DNA of 64,000 nt from Patescibacteria group bacterium (GTDB taxonomy: Bacteria > Patescibacteriota > Patescibacteriia > UBA9570 > JAHJKD01), in NCBI GenBank assembly GCA_043798935.1, contig JAZDOC010000019.1:74322-138321 (forward strand), written 5' to 3'. Under the pieces are notes generated by a model. It was not told the origin of the DNA, did not search any database, and was given only the letters and a program-made list of their open reading frames with translations. Below are positions 27,306 through 37,012 of this stretch, in pieces. Each line of letters opens with the position of its first letter. Position 1 is the first letter of the stretch. The position numbers and the translations under genes are program-made.

Positions 27306-28568
27306 ATGAAAAAAATAACTAAAATTAGCTTATTATTAGTATTCATTAGTATTTTTTTGGGACTGACAACCAATATTTGTTTTGCTAGTTCGCAAAAAGA
27401 AATTGACAGCTTGCAAAACAAAATTAATAGCAAACAAAGCGTAATTGATGAGCTTGACGCTAAAATCAAAGTTTATAAAAATAATATTGCCAAAAAAAAT
27501 GAAGAGGAGTTAGCTTTAAATAATCAAATCAGTATTATTAACGATTCAATCAACCAAACAGAAACTGAAATCGATAAAACTACTGCCGAGATATCTAAGC
27601 TTGATGATCAAATAAAATTAGTTAAAAACCAAATTGAAAAAACTGAAAGTGGCATCAATGTAAAACAAGATCAAATTTCCGAATACATATTAAATATATA
27701 TCAACTTGAAAATAAAACTAATTTAGAAATATTCTTATCTGATAGTTCATTATCAGATTATTTTTCACGACTCGAATATACTTCCCAACTCCAAGAAAAA
27801 TTTCAAGAAATAATGAGTCAATTAAAACAATTGAAAGATCAATTGAAAGATCAAAATGATGACTTAAATGACAATAAGGATGAGCAAGAAACAAAAAAAA
27901 TTATTCTAAAATCAAAACAAGATTCAGCTAAAGAGGAAAAATCTTATAAAAATGAACTTCTAGAAGAAACTCAGGCTGACGAAGAAAAATTTCAAGAATT
28001 AGTGGCCCAAATTCAAAAAGAAGAACAGCAAAGTAACTCGGAAATCGCTGCATTAGAAAAAACCATGCGCACTAAAATCGATGAAGCAAACAGAAAAAAA
28101 AATAATAATTCTAATACCAACACTTCAAACACAGATAATAGTATAATTAATGCCGATGGTTTTGATCCACAATGGCCCGTCACCGGACGAGTTATTACGG
28201 TTTATTTTAGAGATCCTTCATATCCCTTTAGAGCTTACTTTGAACATTTGGCTATTGATATCGACGGAGAGCAAGGAGATCCCATTTATGCTTGTGATGA
28301 CGGCGTTGTAGCCATAGCAAAATTTGATGGAACGCCAGCTTATAGCTATATCATGCTGATTCATGCCGATGGTTTTGCCACTGTTTACGGTCATACAAGT
28401 GCTGTCTATGTAACGCCTGATCAAATAGTTAAGAAAGGGGATTTAATAGGTTTAATGGGTGGCATGCGAGGAGGTATTGGATCTGGAGCGTTTACAACCG
28501 GCTCGCATATTCATTTTGCCATTAAACAAAATGGAATCTATGTTGATCCGTTAAACTATTTACCGTAA
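27306..28568 (+). CDS. M23-family (LytM) peptidase with long N-terminal coiled-coil (EnvC-like)
   Basis: 420 aa. Signal peptide, ~250-aa coiled-coil, and a C-terminal M23 domain with HLAIDI and GHTSAVYV...GSHIHFAI metal-ligand blocks. Confidence 0.85.
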   Translation: MKKITKISLLLVFISIFLGLTTNICFASSQKEIDSLQNKINSKQSVIDELDAKIKVYKNNIAKKNEEELALNNQISIINDSINQTETEIDKTTAEISKLDDQIKLVKNQIEKTESGINVKQDQISEYILNIYQLENKTNLEIFLSDSSLSDYFSRLEYTSQLQEKFQEIMSQLKQLKDQLKDQNDDLNDNKDEQETKKIILKSKQDSAKEEKSYKNELLEETQADEEKFQELVAQIQKEEQQSNSEIAALEKTMRTKIDEANRKKNNNSNTNTSNTDNSIINADGFDPQWPVTGRVITVYFRDPSYPFRAYFEHLAIDIDGEQGDPIYACDDGVVAIAKFDGTPAYSYIMLIHADGFATVYGHTSAVYVTPDQIVKKGDLIGLMGGMRGGIGSGAFTTGSHIHFAIKQNGIYVDPLNYLP

Positions 28569-28602
28569 ACAATTAAATTACTTGCAAGCAATTTTGAATT
28601 AA

Positions 28603-28638
28603 CTGATAAAGACTGTTCACATGAACAGTCTTTATCAG
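28603..28638. terminator. 17-bp perfect inverted repeat between convergent genes (terminator or protein-binding palindrome)
   Basis: ctgataaagactgttca-ca-tgaacagtctttatcag. It lies 35 nt after the M23 gene stop and ~75 nt from the convergent IscU stop. Confidence 0.5.
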
Positions 28639-28714
28639 TAACAACAGGGAATATAGCTTATTTTGTTGATTATTTATAATATATAGTGTCGCACAATATA
28701 TCTTATACGACACA

Positions 28715-29179
28715 TTATATCTTTGACTTGGCCTTCTTATCCTTTAAAGATCTTCGGCAATTACTGCAACACGTTCTAGTTTTTTGTTTAAAACATTTAT
28801 CTTCTTTTTTTCCTTTTAATTTATTTCGATAATTTTTAATCGCTTGCACTAAAGCGTCAGCGGCTAAATTTGAACAATGCATTTTAATAGCTGGCAAACC
28901 GCCTAATGATTTTGCCACATCTTGATTAGTAATTTTTATTGCCTGATCAAGAGTTTTACCTTTAGCCAGATCCGTCACCATGGATGAAGTTCCAATTGCG
29001 GCCGGACAACCCAGTGTTTCAAATTTAATATCGGTTATTTTATCGCTTTTCACTTTGATATATATTCTCATAATATCGCCACACACCGGATTGCCTACTT
29101 CCCCTACGCCGTCAGCGTTTTTTATCTTGCCCATGTTGTGAGGTTTTCGAAAATGATTCATTAATTTTTTACTATACAT
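28715..29179 (-). CDS. iscU: IscU/NifU-type Fe-S cluster scaffold with Cys/Lys-rich C-terminal extension
   Basis: 154 aa with the three scaffold Cys blocks (NPVCGD, LGCPAAIG, MHCSNLA). A 35-aa basic tail follows with four extra Cys (CFKQKTRTCCSNC). Confidence 0.8.
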   Translation of the reverse strand: MYSKKLMNHFRKPHNMGKIKNADGVGEVGNPVCGDIMRIYIKVKSDKITDIKFETLGCPAAIGTSSMVTDLAKGKTLDQAIKITNQDVAKSLGGLPAIKMHCSNLAADALVQAIKNYRNKLKGKKEDKCFKQKTRTCCSNCRRSLKDKKAKSKI

Positions 29180-29224
29180 ATTTTATATGGATCCATACTT
29201 TAAAAGTAAGGCGTTAATTATTAA

Positions 29225-30403
29225 TTATTTATAATAGATTCTGTCTTTAAATCTTAAATCAATATATTGTAAATTATCACGATTGTCAATTTTTTGAGTT
29301 AATAATGAATTCAATGCTAAAGTTTGGCGGTCCAGATCTATCGTGCTGTCAAAATAAATTTCAAATTGAGAATCGATTAAAACGTTAATGGTTTTATTAA
29401 CTGTTTTATAATCACATTCTTTTGGTATTAATATAGACTCCCATTGTATGAATTCGGTCGCGTTATCGGTAATTGAATTTATATTACTATCCCCGTCTTC
29501 TTCTTTTTTTACATCTTCTAAAGCTAGTAAACTTTCTTCAATGGTCAAATCTCCGTTATTATATTTTTCTAAAATATCTTTTTTCTTATTTTTTATTTCT
29601 TCATTAACAGTCTCGGCAATTTCATCATTAATAATTCTTTCGGCTTTATATTGTTGTTCATTACAAGTTATAATTGGTATGCTATAAGAAACGACGTTTA
29701 AACCGATTTTAGGTAATTCAATTTGCAAACGCATTATATATTGAATTAAATCTTCAGAAATGATTTGCTGATTAAGATCAGTATTAGCGTTATTTTTATC
29801 AATCACTAGTGGCAATTTTGGATCTATCTCACTTTCGCTGTTTATTTTTTGTGACACTTTGCCTAATAAATCCACATAATAATATTGATTATTAGTATTC
29901 CACGTTAAACCGGGTATTTTTTCTTGAATTGTGATCGTTATTTGGTTTGGCCATTTTTTATTGACTGCTAAACTGTCGAGTGCAAATTTGTTGTTTATAT
30001 TTTGCTGTAATTTGGATGAAATCTCTTTAATATTAAAAACAAAATAATTATTTTTTGGTATTATGAATAATTTTTTACTATTTAAATATTCTTGAGCATA
30101 ATTATTAATTTCCTCGGTGCTGATTTTATCATTTCCGGATATCTCAATATTATTGATAATAAAATATTTAGTACCAAACCCAATATAAATTAGACTTCCA
30201 AATGTTAATATCAGAATACCAAAAAAAGCCCAGCCATCTTTAATGAACCAATTTTTGAAACTGAACTCTTTTTGGACTACCTTTCTTTCATTAGGAAAAT
30301 ATGGATTATTAAAACGAATTTTCGGTTTATTATCATGTTTCATCCGCATGGCCCTAATTCGTTTACTCTTCCCTGCTCCGAATATCTTTAGTATATTTTT
30401 CAT
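29225..30403 (-). CDS. ftsQ: FtsQ/DivIB-like cell-division protein (POTRA domain)
   Basis: 392 aa. Basic cytoplasmic N-terminus, one TM, then a POTRA-like block (INNIEISGNDKISTEEINNYAQEYL...VNKKWPNQITITIQEKIPGLTW). It is divergent from ddl. Confidence 0.55.
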   Translation of the reverse strand: MKNILKIFGAGKSKRIRAMRMKHDNKPKIRFNNPYFPNERKVVQKEFSFKNWFIKDGWAFFGILILTFGSLIYIGFGTKYFIINNIEISGNDKISTEEINNYAQEYLNSKKLFIIPKNNYFVFNIKEISSKLQQNINNKFALDSLAVNKKWPNQITITIQEKIPGLTWNTNNQYYYVDLLGKVSQKINSESEIDPKLPLVIDKNNANTDLNQQIISEDLIQYIMRLQIELPKIGLNVVSYSIPIITCNEQQYKAERIINDEIAETVNEEIKNKKKDILEKYNNGDLTIEESLLALEDVKKEEDGDSNINSITDNATEFIQWESILIPKECDYKTVNKTINVLIDSQFEIYFDSTIDLDRQTLALNSLLTQKIDNRDNLQYIDLRFKDRIYYK

Positions 30404-30506
30404 AATATATAATTATAACATATTTTAATCGAAACAGCAAATTAATATTATAGACATGTTTACAATAAATCTATATAATAAATAAGATTAAACTAATAAT
30501 TTTATT

Positions 30507-31433
30507 ATGAATTCAAAAATCAATGTAGCGGTTTTATTAGGTGGCGTTTCATCTGAACGTAATATATCTTTAATATCAGGCGCTAAAGTTGTCGAAAATA
30601 TTCCAGTTAATAAATACGATGTAACAAAATACGATTTAAAAGACCAATTAACCGAATTTATAAATGATGTTACAAATAAGAAAATTGACGTTGTTTTTCC
30701 AGTTTTACACGGAAAATTTGGTGAAGACGGCACTGTTCAAGGACTTTTAGAGCTACTGCAAATACCTTATGTTGGTTGCAATGTCTTAACATCTAGCTTA
30801 TGTATGGACAAAGCCATAACAAAAAAAATGGTTGCTTATCACAATATTTTAACTCCGGAATTTAACGTATTTTCTAATTTCGAAGAAATAAACATCAATC
30901 AAATAACGCTACCTTGCGTTGTAAAACCTACTGATGCTGGATCTAGTGTGGGAACATCTATCCCGGAAACAAAACAAGAATTAATTAGTGGCATTAAAAA
31001 TGCATTTTCTGAATCTCAACAAATTATTATTGAAGAATATATTAAAGGTCGTGAATTTACTGTTGGTATTATTGGCAATCGTAATCAAACCGTTTTTCCA
31101 ATTACTGAAATTAAAGCTAATATTTCAAAATTCTATGATTATAAAGCAAAATATGAAAACGGCGGATCCACTCATATTTGTCCGGCACAAATTGATTCTA
31201 AACTTGCCGAACAATTAAAATCTCTGTCAAAAAAGATCTTTAATATTGTGGGTGCACGTGGTGTTAGCAGAATAGATTTTATGGTTTCTGAAGATAATAC
31301 CCCTTATTTTATTGAAGTAAATACTATGCCCGGAATGACCGGTACTAGCCTGCTACCTGAAATGGCCAGCAAAATAAATATTTCTTTCGCTCAACTATTA
31401 GATAAATTAATTCAATTAGCTTTCGAAAAATAA
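30507..31433 (+). CDS. ddl: D-alanine--D-alanine ligase
   Basis: 308 aa. N-terminal VAVLLGGVSSERNISLISG and ATP-grasp blocks. Stop overlaps the alr start (TAAATG). Confidence 0.95.
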   Translation: MNSKINVAVLLGGVSSERNISLISGAKVVENIPVNKYDVTKYDLKDQLTEFINDVTNKKIDVVFPVLHGKFGEDGTVQGLLELLQIPYVGCNVLTSSLCMDKAITKKMVAYHNILTPEFNVFSNFEEININQITLPCVVKPTDAGSSVGTSIPETKQELISGIKNAFSESQQIIIEEYIKGREFTVGIIGNRNQTVFPITEIKANISKFYDYKAKYENGGSTHICPAQIDSKLAEQLKSLSKKIFNIVGARGVSRIDFMVSEDNTPYFIEVNTMPGMTGTSLLPEMASKINISFAQLLDKLIQLAFEK

Positions 31434-32534
31434 ATGACCACCTGGCTTGAAATAAATAAAAAAAATATTATCCATAATTTAAAAGCGTTTCGTAAAATTA
31501 TTGGTGAAAAAAAATTGTTAATGCCGGTAATTAAAAGTAATGCATATGGACACGGCTTAATTGAAATAGCCAGATTAATTGATGGCAGTAAATTAATTGA
31601 TAAAATTGCCGTTGTTAATAGTGATGAAGCTTTATGTCTAGTTAACAACAAAATTAAAACGCCGATCATTATATTAAGTTATTGGTCGAATGAACACGTA
31701 GCAAAGCTGATTAAACATAATTGCGAATTTACTGTATATGATATTAAACAAGCTAGATATCTTAATCAGCTGAGAAAAAAAATTAAAATACATCTAAAAG
31801 TTGACACTGGAACAACTAGATTGGGCCAATTAGAAAAAAATTTTATTAGTTTCGTAAAAAAAATTCAATCATTTCCCTATCTACAGATAGAAAGCGTATT
31901 TACTCATTATGCAAATTCTGAGGAAGATAATGAATTTACAAAACAACAAAATTTTAAATTACGTTCTATTAAAAAAAATCTTGAATTATTAAACATTCAT
32001 ACGAAATATCATGCAGCCTGTTCGGCTGCAGTATTAAGCAATACTGATAATCATTTAGACGGCATGCGTTTAGGGCTTAGCTTTTACGGTTATTGGCCGT
32101 CTCCTCAAACTAAAATTTATGCTGCTAAAAAATATCCTTGGTTAAAATTAAAACCGGCTCTAATTTGGAAAGCTCAAATTATCCAAATTAAAGAGATTCC
32201 AAAAAATAATTTTATCGGATATGGATGTACGTATAAAACTACTAGAACAACAAAAATTGCTGTCTTGCCAGTGGGCTATTATGAAGGTTACAATCGTCTT
32301 CTTTCCAATCAAAGTCTGGTTTTAGTAAAAAATAAACTTTGCAAAGTAGTGGGGCGTGTATGCATGAATTTAACCATGGTTGACGTTACCGACATTAAAA
32401 ACGTTAAATCAGGTGATGAAGTGATATTAATGAACCGAAAAATTACACCAGATTACTTGGCTGAAAAATGCAATTCTATTAATTATGAATTTATTGCACG
32501 AATAAACCCTCTTTTACCACGAATATATAAATAA
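31434..32534 (+). CDS. alr: alanine racemase
   Basis: 366 aa with the PLP-lysine block PVIKSNAYGHGL. Translationally coupled to ddl. Confidence 0.9.
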   Translation: MTTWLEINKKNIIHNLKAFRKIIGEKKLLMPVIKSNAYGHGLIEIARLIDGSKLIDKIAVVNSDEALCLVNNKIKTPIIILSYWSNEHVAKLIKHNCEFTVYDIKQARYLNQLRKKIKIHLKVDTGTTRLGQLEKNFISFVKKIQSFPYLQIESVFTHYANSEEDNEFTKQQNFKLRSIKKNLELLNIHTKYHAACSAAVLSNTDNHLDGMRLGLSFYGYWPSPQTKIYAAKKYPWLKLKPALIWKAQIIQIKEIPKNNFIGYGCTYKTTRTTKIAVLPVGYYEGYNRLLSNQSLVLVKNKLCKVVGRVCMNLTMVDVTDIKNVKSGDEVILMNRKITPDYLAEKCNSINYEFIARINPLLPRIYK

Positions 32535-32535
32535 A

Positions 32536-33801
32536 CTATCGTTTTATTAAAATTAAATTACCCATATAAGGCCGTAAAACTTCAGGAATCACTATTGACC
32601 CGTCTGCTTGCTGATAGTTCTCTAAAATAGCGATTATAGCTCTAGAAATGGCTATAGCCGTACCATTTAAGGTATGAGCGAACTCTTTTTGGCCGTCGGC
32701 ACTTTTATGCTTAATTTTTAGTCTTCTGGCTTGATAATCAGTGCAATTTGATGTACTAGTAATTTCGCCATAGCCATTTTTCATTGGCATCCAAGCTTCA
32801 AGATCATACTTACGATAGGCTGGTACACCCATGTCGCCGGTACAAATTTCAACTATTCTAAATGGAATGCCTAATTTGGTAAAAATTTCTTTTTCAATTT
32901 CTAAAAGCTCAAGATGTCGGATTTCAGAATCTTCGGGTAAACAAATAATGTACATTTCAATTTTAGTAAATTGATGTACTCGATAAAGACCTTTTGATTC
33001 TTGGCCATACGTTCCGGCTTCTTTACGAAAACAATGGCTATAGCCAACATATTTTTTGGGTAAATCAGTATCTTTAAATGTTTCATTCATGTGATACGCT
33101 CCAATTGTTATTTCCGAAGTCGCGATTAAAGAAAGATCAGTATTACTTATATTATAAATTTGATCTGAATCATCACGTGGATTAAAACCTGAAGCTTTAA
33201 TCATATCGCGCTTTGCCAGATCGGGTGTAGTTATTAAGGTAAAACCGTGTCCTTTTAATAAATTAAGAGCAAAGCTTACTAGTGCCAATTCTAATTGCAC
33301 CAGTTCGTTTTTACAATAATAAAATTTACTACCAACAACATTTGCTCCTTTTTCAAAATCTAATAAATCTAAAGACATTCCCAAAGTTACGTGATCTTTA
33401 GGTGTAAAATTAAAATTTCTGACTTCGCCGACTTTTTCAATCTCAACATTATTAGCATCGCTTTTTCCGACCGGTGTTTTCGGATGACTAATATTTGGCA
33501 CCTGTTCCATTAGTTCATTAAATTTACTATGTGTAGCGTCTGATTCAACTTTTATTTCTTTAGCTTGATCAGCTATAACTTGCATGGACTGAATAATCTT
33601 TTGTTTTTCAGCGCCTTCGGATTTAGCAATTTGCTGGCTGGCTAAATTTTGTTGTGAGCGCAAATCGTCTAGCTTGGCTTGTAATTTTTTTCTATGGTCG
33701 TCTGTTTTTAAAAGCTCATCAAGATCAAGATTAATGTTCCGATTTATAATATTATTCTTTATTTGCTGAATATTAGCGCGGATAAATTTAATGTCTAACA
33801 T
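32536..33801 (-). CDS. serS: seryl-tRNA synthetase
   Basis: 421 aa. N-terminal coiled-coil arm plus class II motifs. Its stop lies 1 nt from the convergent alr stop. Confidence 0.95.
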   Translation of the reverse strand: MLDIKFIRANIQQIKNNIINRNINLDLDELLKTDDHRKKLQAKLDDLRSQQNLASQQIAKSEGAEKQKIIQSMQVIADQAKEIKVESDATHSKFNELMEQVPNISHPKTPVGKSDANNVEIEKVGEVRNFNFTPKDHVTLGMSLDLLDFEKGANVVGSKFYYCKNELVQLELALVSFALNLLKGHGFTLITTPDLAKRDMIKASGFNPRDDSDQIYNISNTDLSLIATSEITIGAYHMNETFKDTDLPKKYVGYSHCFRKEAGTYGQESKGLYRVHQFTKIEMYIICLPEDSEIRHLELLEIEKEIFTKLGIPFRIVEICTGDMGVPAYRKYDLEAWMPMKNGYGEITSTSNCTDYQARRLKIKHKSADGQKEFAHTLNGTAIAISRAIIAILENYQQADGSIVIPEVLRPYMGNLILIKR

Positions 33802-33828
33802 ATAAATATTATTTAATAATTGTTTATT

Positions 33829-34356
33829 TTAATTACGTTTAGGCGGGAATAAAATTGCCAAAATTTGTTTACCGGCAATTTTTATTCCTTGTGAATTTAT
33901 TTTTGATAATTGATTTAAATAAATTTCTTCACTTATAAAATAACCATCCGCAAATTCTTTCATACCGACTATTAAATCTATCACTTCATTATTAACCGTT
34001 AAGATATATTGGTGTTGACTAATTAATACTAATTTTGTTTGTTTTATTTCACAATTTATTTGAAAATACTTTTCTAAAATAATCTTAACTAACACGGCAT
34101 AATCAATACAATTAGGGCCTGCGATTATCGTGTTGTGCAATAAATATTTCCCTCCCAAAAGAGAGCGCCAGAAGTATCCCCCACTACCGGCTTTTTGATT
34201 AATTACTTTGGCTACTGCGACAACAATACTAATATTATTTAGTTTTGAAATTTCTGTAGATTGCTTTACAATTTCATAACAAAATTCTTCCGTGATCGAA
34301 TTTTCGGTAAGAATATAATTTCTAAATAGTGCTTTTTGTGAATATAGCTGTTTCAT
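33829..34356 (-). CDS. hypothetical protein
   Basis: 175-aa ORF tightly packed between lysS and serS on the same strand. No recognisable motif. Confidence 0.45.
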   Translation of the reverse strand: MKQLYSQKALFRNYILTENSITEEFCYEIVKQSTEISKLNNISIVVAVAKVINQKAGSGGYFWRSLLGGKYLLHNTIIAGPNCIDYAVLVKIILEKYFQINCEIKQTKLVLISQHQYILTVNNEVIDLIVGMKEFADGYFISEEIYLNQLSKINSQGIKIAGKQILAILFPPKRN

Positions 34357-34358
34357 AT

Positions 34359-36413
34359 TTAGAAGCCAATCTGATCGGCAATTTGCTTCATAGCATTTAG
34401 GGCTATTTCTAAAAATTCATCCGTGCTTAAACCTAGTTTTTTACACTCTTTAATGGTCTCGCGATTAACTTTAGCCGCGAAAGCTTTTTCTTTTAGCTTT
34501 TTCTTTAATGATTTAAGTTCAATATTTTGAATTTGTTTATCTGGTCGCACCAAGGCTGAGGCATAAATTAAACCAGTCACAGCTTCACCGCACCGTAATG
34601 CAAAATCCAATAATACTTCCGGTTCTAAGGCTTTATTATCTTGATAATTATGCGCTAAAATAGCATTAATCAATTCTTGAGGATAATTAGCTTCTTTTAA
34701 ATACTGCGAGCCAATAACAGCATGCTTTTCTATTTTATTTTCGATTTCTTCCCAGTCAATATCGTGAAGTAAGCCAGTTGCACTCCATAAAGCCTCATTT
34801 TGATTAAGTGCTTTAGCTAATGCCCCTAGCACTGCCTCGGCTTCTAAACTATGAAAAATGTTTGGCTGTTTATGAACGTGAGAAGTAAGCAATTTAAAAG
34901 ATTGTTCGCGACTAATTGAAAAGTTATTACCGGGAGATAATTTTTTTACGTGTAAGTTGATATTATTTTTTGGACGCAGAAGTGGAAACAGAACACATTC
35001 GCGAACAGGTTTATTCATTAAAAAAGCAAATACTCTTTCGGACAAACCAAACCCACAAGTTGGTGGCATGCCATATTCTAATGCTTCTACAAACTCGCTA
35101 TCGTGCATTTGGGCTTCACTGTCGCCAGCCTCGCGAAGCTTGGCTTGTTCATTAAAACGGGCGGCTTGATCAATAGGATCATTAAGCTCGCTATATCCAT
35201 TTCCTAATTCACTGCCAGCAATAATAACTTGGAATCTTTCTACTAAACGCTGGTCATCGCTCTTTCTTTTAGCAAGTGGCGAAACTTCAACTGGATGATT
35301 AATTAAAAAAACCGGACCAGCTATTTCTTTGCGCACTTGTTTCCATAAGGAATCAATTAAACGCCCTTTACCAACTTTATTATTTACATCAATTTTAAGT
35401 TCTTTACATTTGGTTTGTAATTCCTCAATACTGGCTGTTAGTACATCGATTGAAAATTTTTCTTTAATACTAGTTACATAATCTATTCTCCCCCACTCTT
35501 TACTTAAATCAATATGAAAATTTTTAATATCAAATTTTAAAGTTTGAAAAGTTTTAAAAATAACTTTCTTAAACATATCTTCCACCAATTTCATACCATC
35601 ATCATAGTTTGCATAAGCCATATAAAATTCCATTTGAGTATAATCCTGTAAATGCTCAGCATCGATGCCTTCATTTCGGAATTGACGTCCAATTTCGAAT
35701 GTTCTTTCTAGACCACTAACCATTAACCTTTTTTGCCATAACTCACCCATGGAAATACGTAAGTACAAATCGATGTCTAGCGCGTTATGATGCGTAATGA
35801 AAGGTTCAGCATCGGCGCCACCAGGCGTAGCTTCTAAAACTGGCGTTTCCACTTCTAAAAAATTGTGTCCAATCAAAAAATCTCTGATACTTTGCCAAAA
35901 GACTGCTTTTTTCCGAAAAATATTTTGTAATTCAGAATCTAATAAAATATCTAAATATCTTTTTCGATATCTTGTTTCTTCGTCTTTAATTCCATGCCAT
36001 TTATCTGGAAGCGGCTGTAAAGCTTTACTAAGAATTGAATAACTAGCAACAAGTAATGATTTTTCGCCTTTATGTGTAATAAAAGCCATACCGGAAACTT
36101 CTAGAATATCGCCAATATCGATATTTTTTAAATTTTTATATTTTTCGCTTCCGAGTTTATCTTGCTGAAAAGCTATTTGTAATTCATGACTCTCATCTTT
36201 TAAATTCATGAATGTTAGTTTTCCATGAGTTCGCTGACTCATGATGCGACCACTGACTGTTGCCAAGTTACTTTCAAATTCGTTAAACCTATCTAAAAAA
36301 TAACCAATACTAATGTGTGGTAAACATTTACTGGGATACGAATTAATATTTTGTTTTTTTAGATTATCTAGTTTTATTAGACGATCTTGTTTTTCGGATT
36401 GTATTATTGTCAT
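34359..36413 (-). CDS. lysS: lysyl-tRNA synthetase (class II) fused to a C-terminal HD-domain phosphohydrolase
   Basis: 684 aa. Residues ~1-490 are LysRS (OB anticodon-binding domain; class II blocks FLEVETPVLE, FEIGRQFRNEG, GFGLSERV). Residues ~500-684 carry an HD pattern (H...LLHDID...H...H...D). Confidence 0.9.
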   Translation of the reverse strand: MTIIQSEKQDRLIKLDNLKKQNINSYPSKCLPHISIGYFLDRFNEFESNLATVSGRIMSQRTHGKLTFMNLKDESHELQIAFQQDKLGSEKYKNLKNIDIGDILEVSGMAFITHKGEKSLLVASYSILSKALQPLPDKWHGIKDEETRYRKRYLDILLDSELQNIFRKKAVFWQSIRDFLIGHNFLEVETPVLEATPGGADAEPFITHHNALDIDLYLRISMGELWQKRLMVSGLERTFEIGRQFRNEGIDAEHLQDYTQMEFYMAYANYDDGMKLVEDMFKKVIFKTFQTLKFDIKNFHIDLSKEWGRIDYVTSIKEKFSIDVLTASIEELQTKCKELKIDVNNKVGKGRLIDSLWKQVRKEIAGPVFLINHPVEVSPLAKRKSDDQRLVERFQVIIAGSELGNGYSELNDPIDQAARFNEQAKLREAGDSEAQMHDSEFVEALEYGMPPTCGFGLSERVFAFLMNKPVRECVLFPLLRPKNNINLHVKKLSPGNNFSISREQSFKLLTSHVHKQPNIFHSLEAEAVLGALAKALNQNEALWSATGLLHDIDWEEIENKIEKHAVIGSQYLKEANYPQELINAILAHNYQDNKALEPEVLLDFALRCGEAVTGLIYASALVRPDKQIQNIELKSLKKKLKEKAFAAKVNRETIKECKKLGLSTDEFLEIALNAMKQIADQIGF

Positions 36414-36474
36414 AAATAAAAATAAGCTTAAATTATAAGCTTATTTTATCATTAATTCTATATTTTACAAGTCG

Positions 36475-36948
36475 CTATGAGATTTTTGCAATTTTGAATT
36501 TCATATTACCTTTCGGAACTTGAACTTCAGCTATTTCGCCCACTTTATGACCTAAAAATGCCTTTCCTAGTGGCGATTCATTAGAAATTTTGCCATTTAT
36601 AGGATCTACTTCATTTGAACCGACTATTGAATATTTCTTTATATTTCCGGCCTCATCTTCAATCTCAATGGTTGATCCTACTTGAACACTTGAATTTCGG
36701 CCATTCGCTTTTTTAATTATTTGTACATTACGAACAATATCCTCAAGTTCAGCAATTCTGGTTTCAATGAAAGCTTGTTCATCTTTAGCATCTGAATATT
36801 CAGCGTTTTCGCTTAAATCTCCTAATTCTTTAGCCGATGCAATTCTGCCAGCAACTTCGCGTCTTTTGTTTATAATTAAATTTTGTAATTCTTCTTTTAA
36901 ACGTTCCAAGCCTTCAGCTGTAATATATGTTTGTTTATCGCTAGCCAT
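36475..36948 (-). CDS. greA: transcription elongation factor GreA
   Basis: 157 aa. N-terminal coiled-coil and C-terminal FKBP-like domain of GreA. Confidence 0.9.
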   Translation of the reverse strand: MASDKQTYITAEGLERLKEELQNLIINKRREVAGRIASAKELGDLSENAEYSDAKDEQAFIETRIAELEDIVRNVQIIKKANGRNSSVQVGSTIEIEDEAGNIKKYSIVGSNEVDPINGKISNESPLGKAFLGHKVGEIAEVQVPKGNMKFKIAKIS

Positions 36949-37012
36949 AATATTAGATGCTAATTTTTAATAGGTATATCATACAGGAAAAAATTAAAAT
37001 GTCAAAATAAAA

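Noticed and set aside
30404-30506. Possible sigma70 promoter TTTACA/TATAAT upstream of ddl
   Set aside because: The best hexamers give a 9-nt spacer, which is non-functional spacing. The region is simply AT-rich, so no promoter was called.
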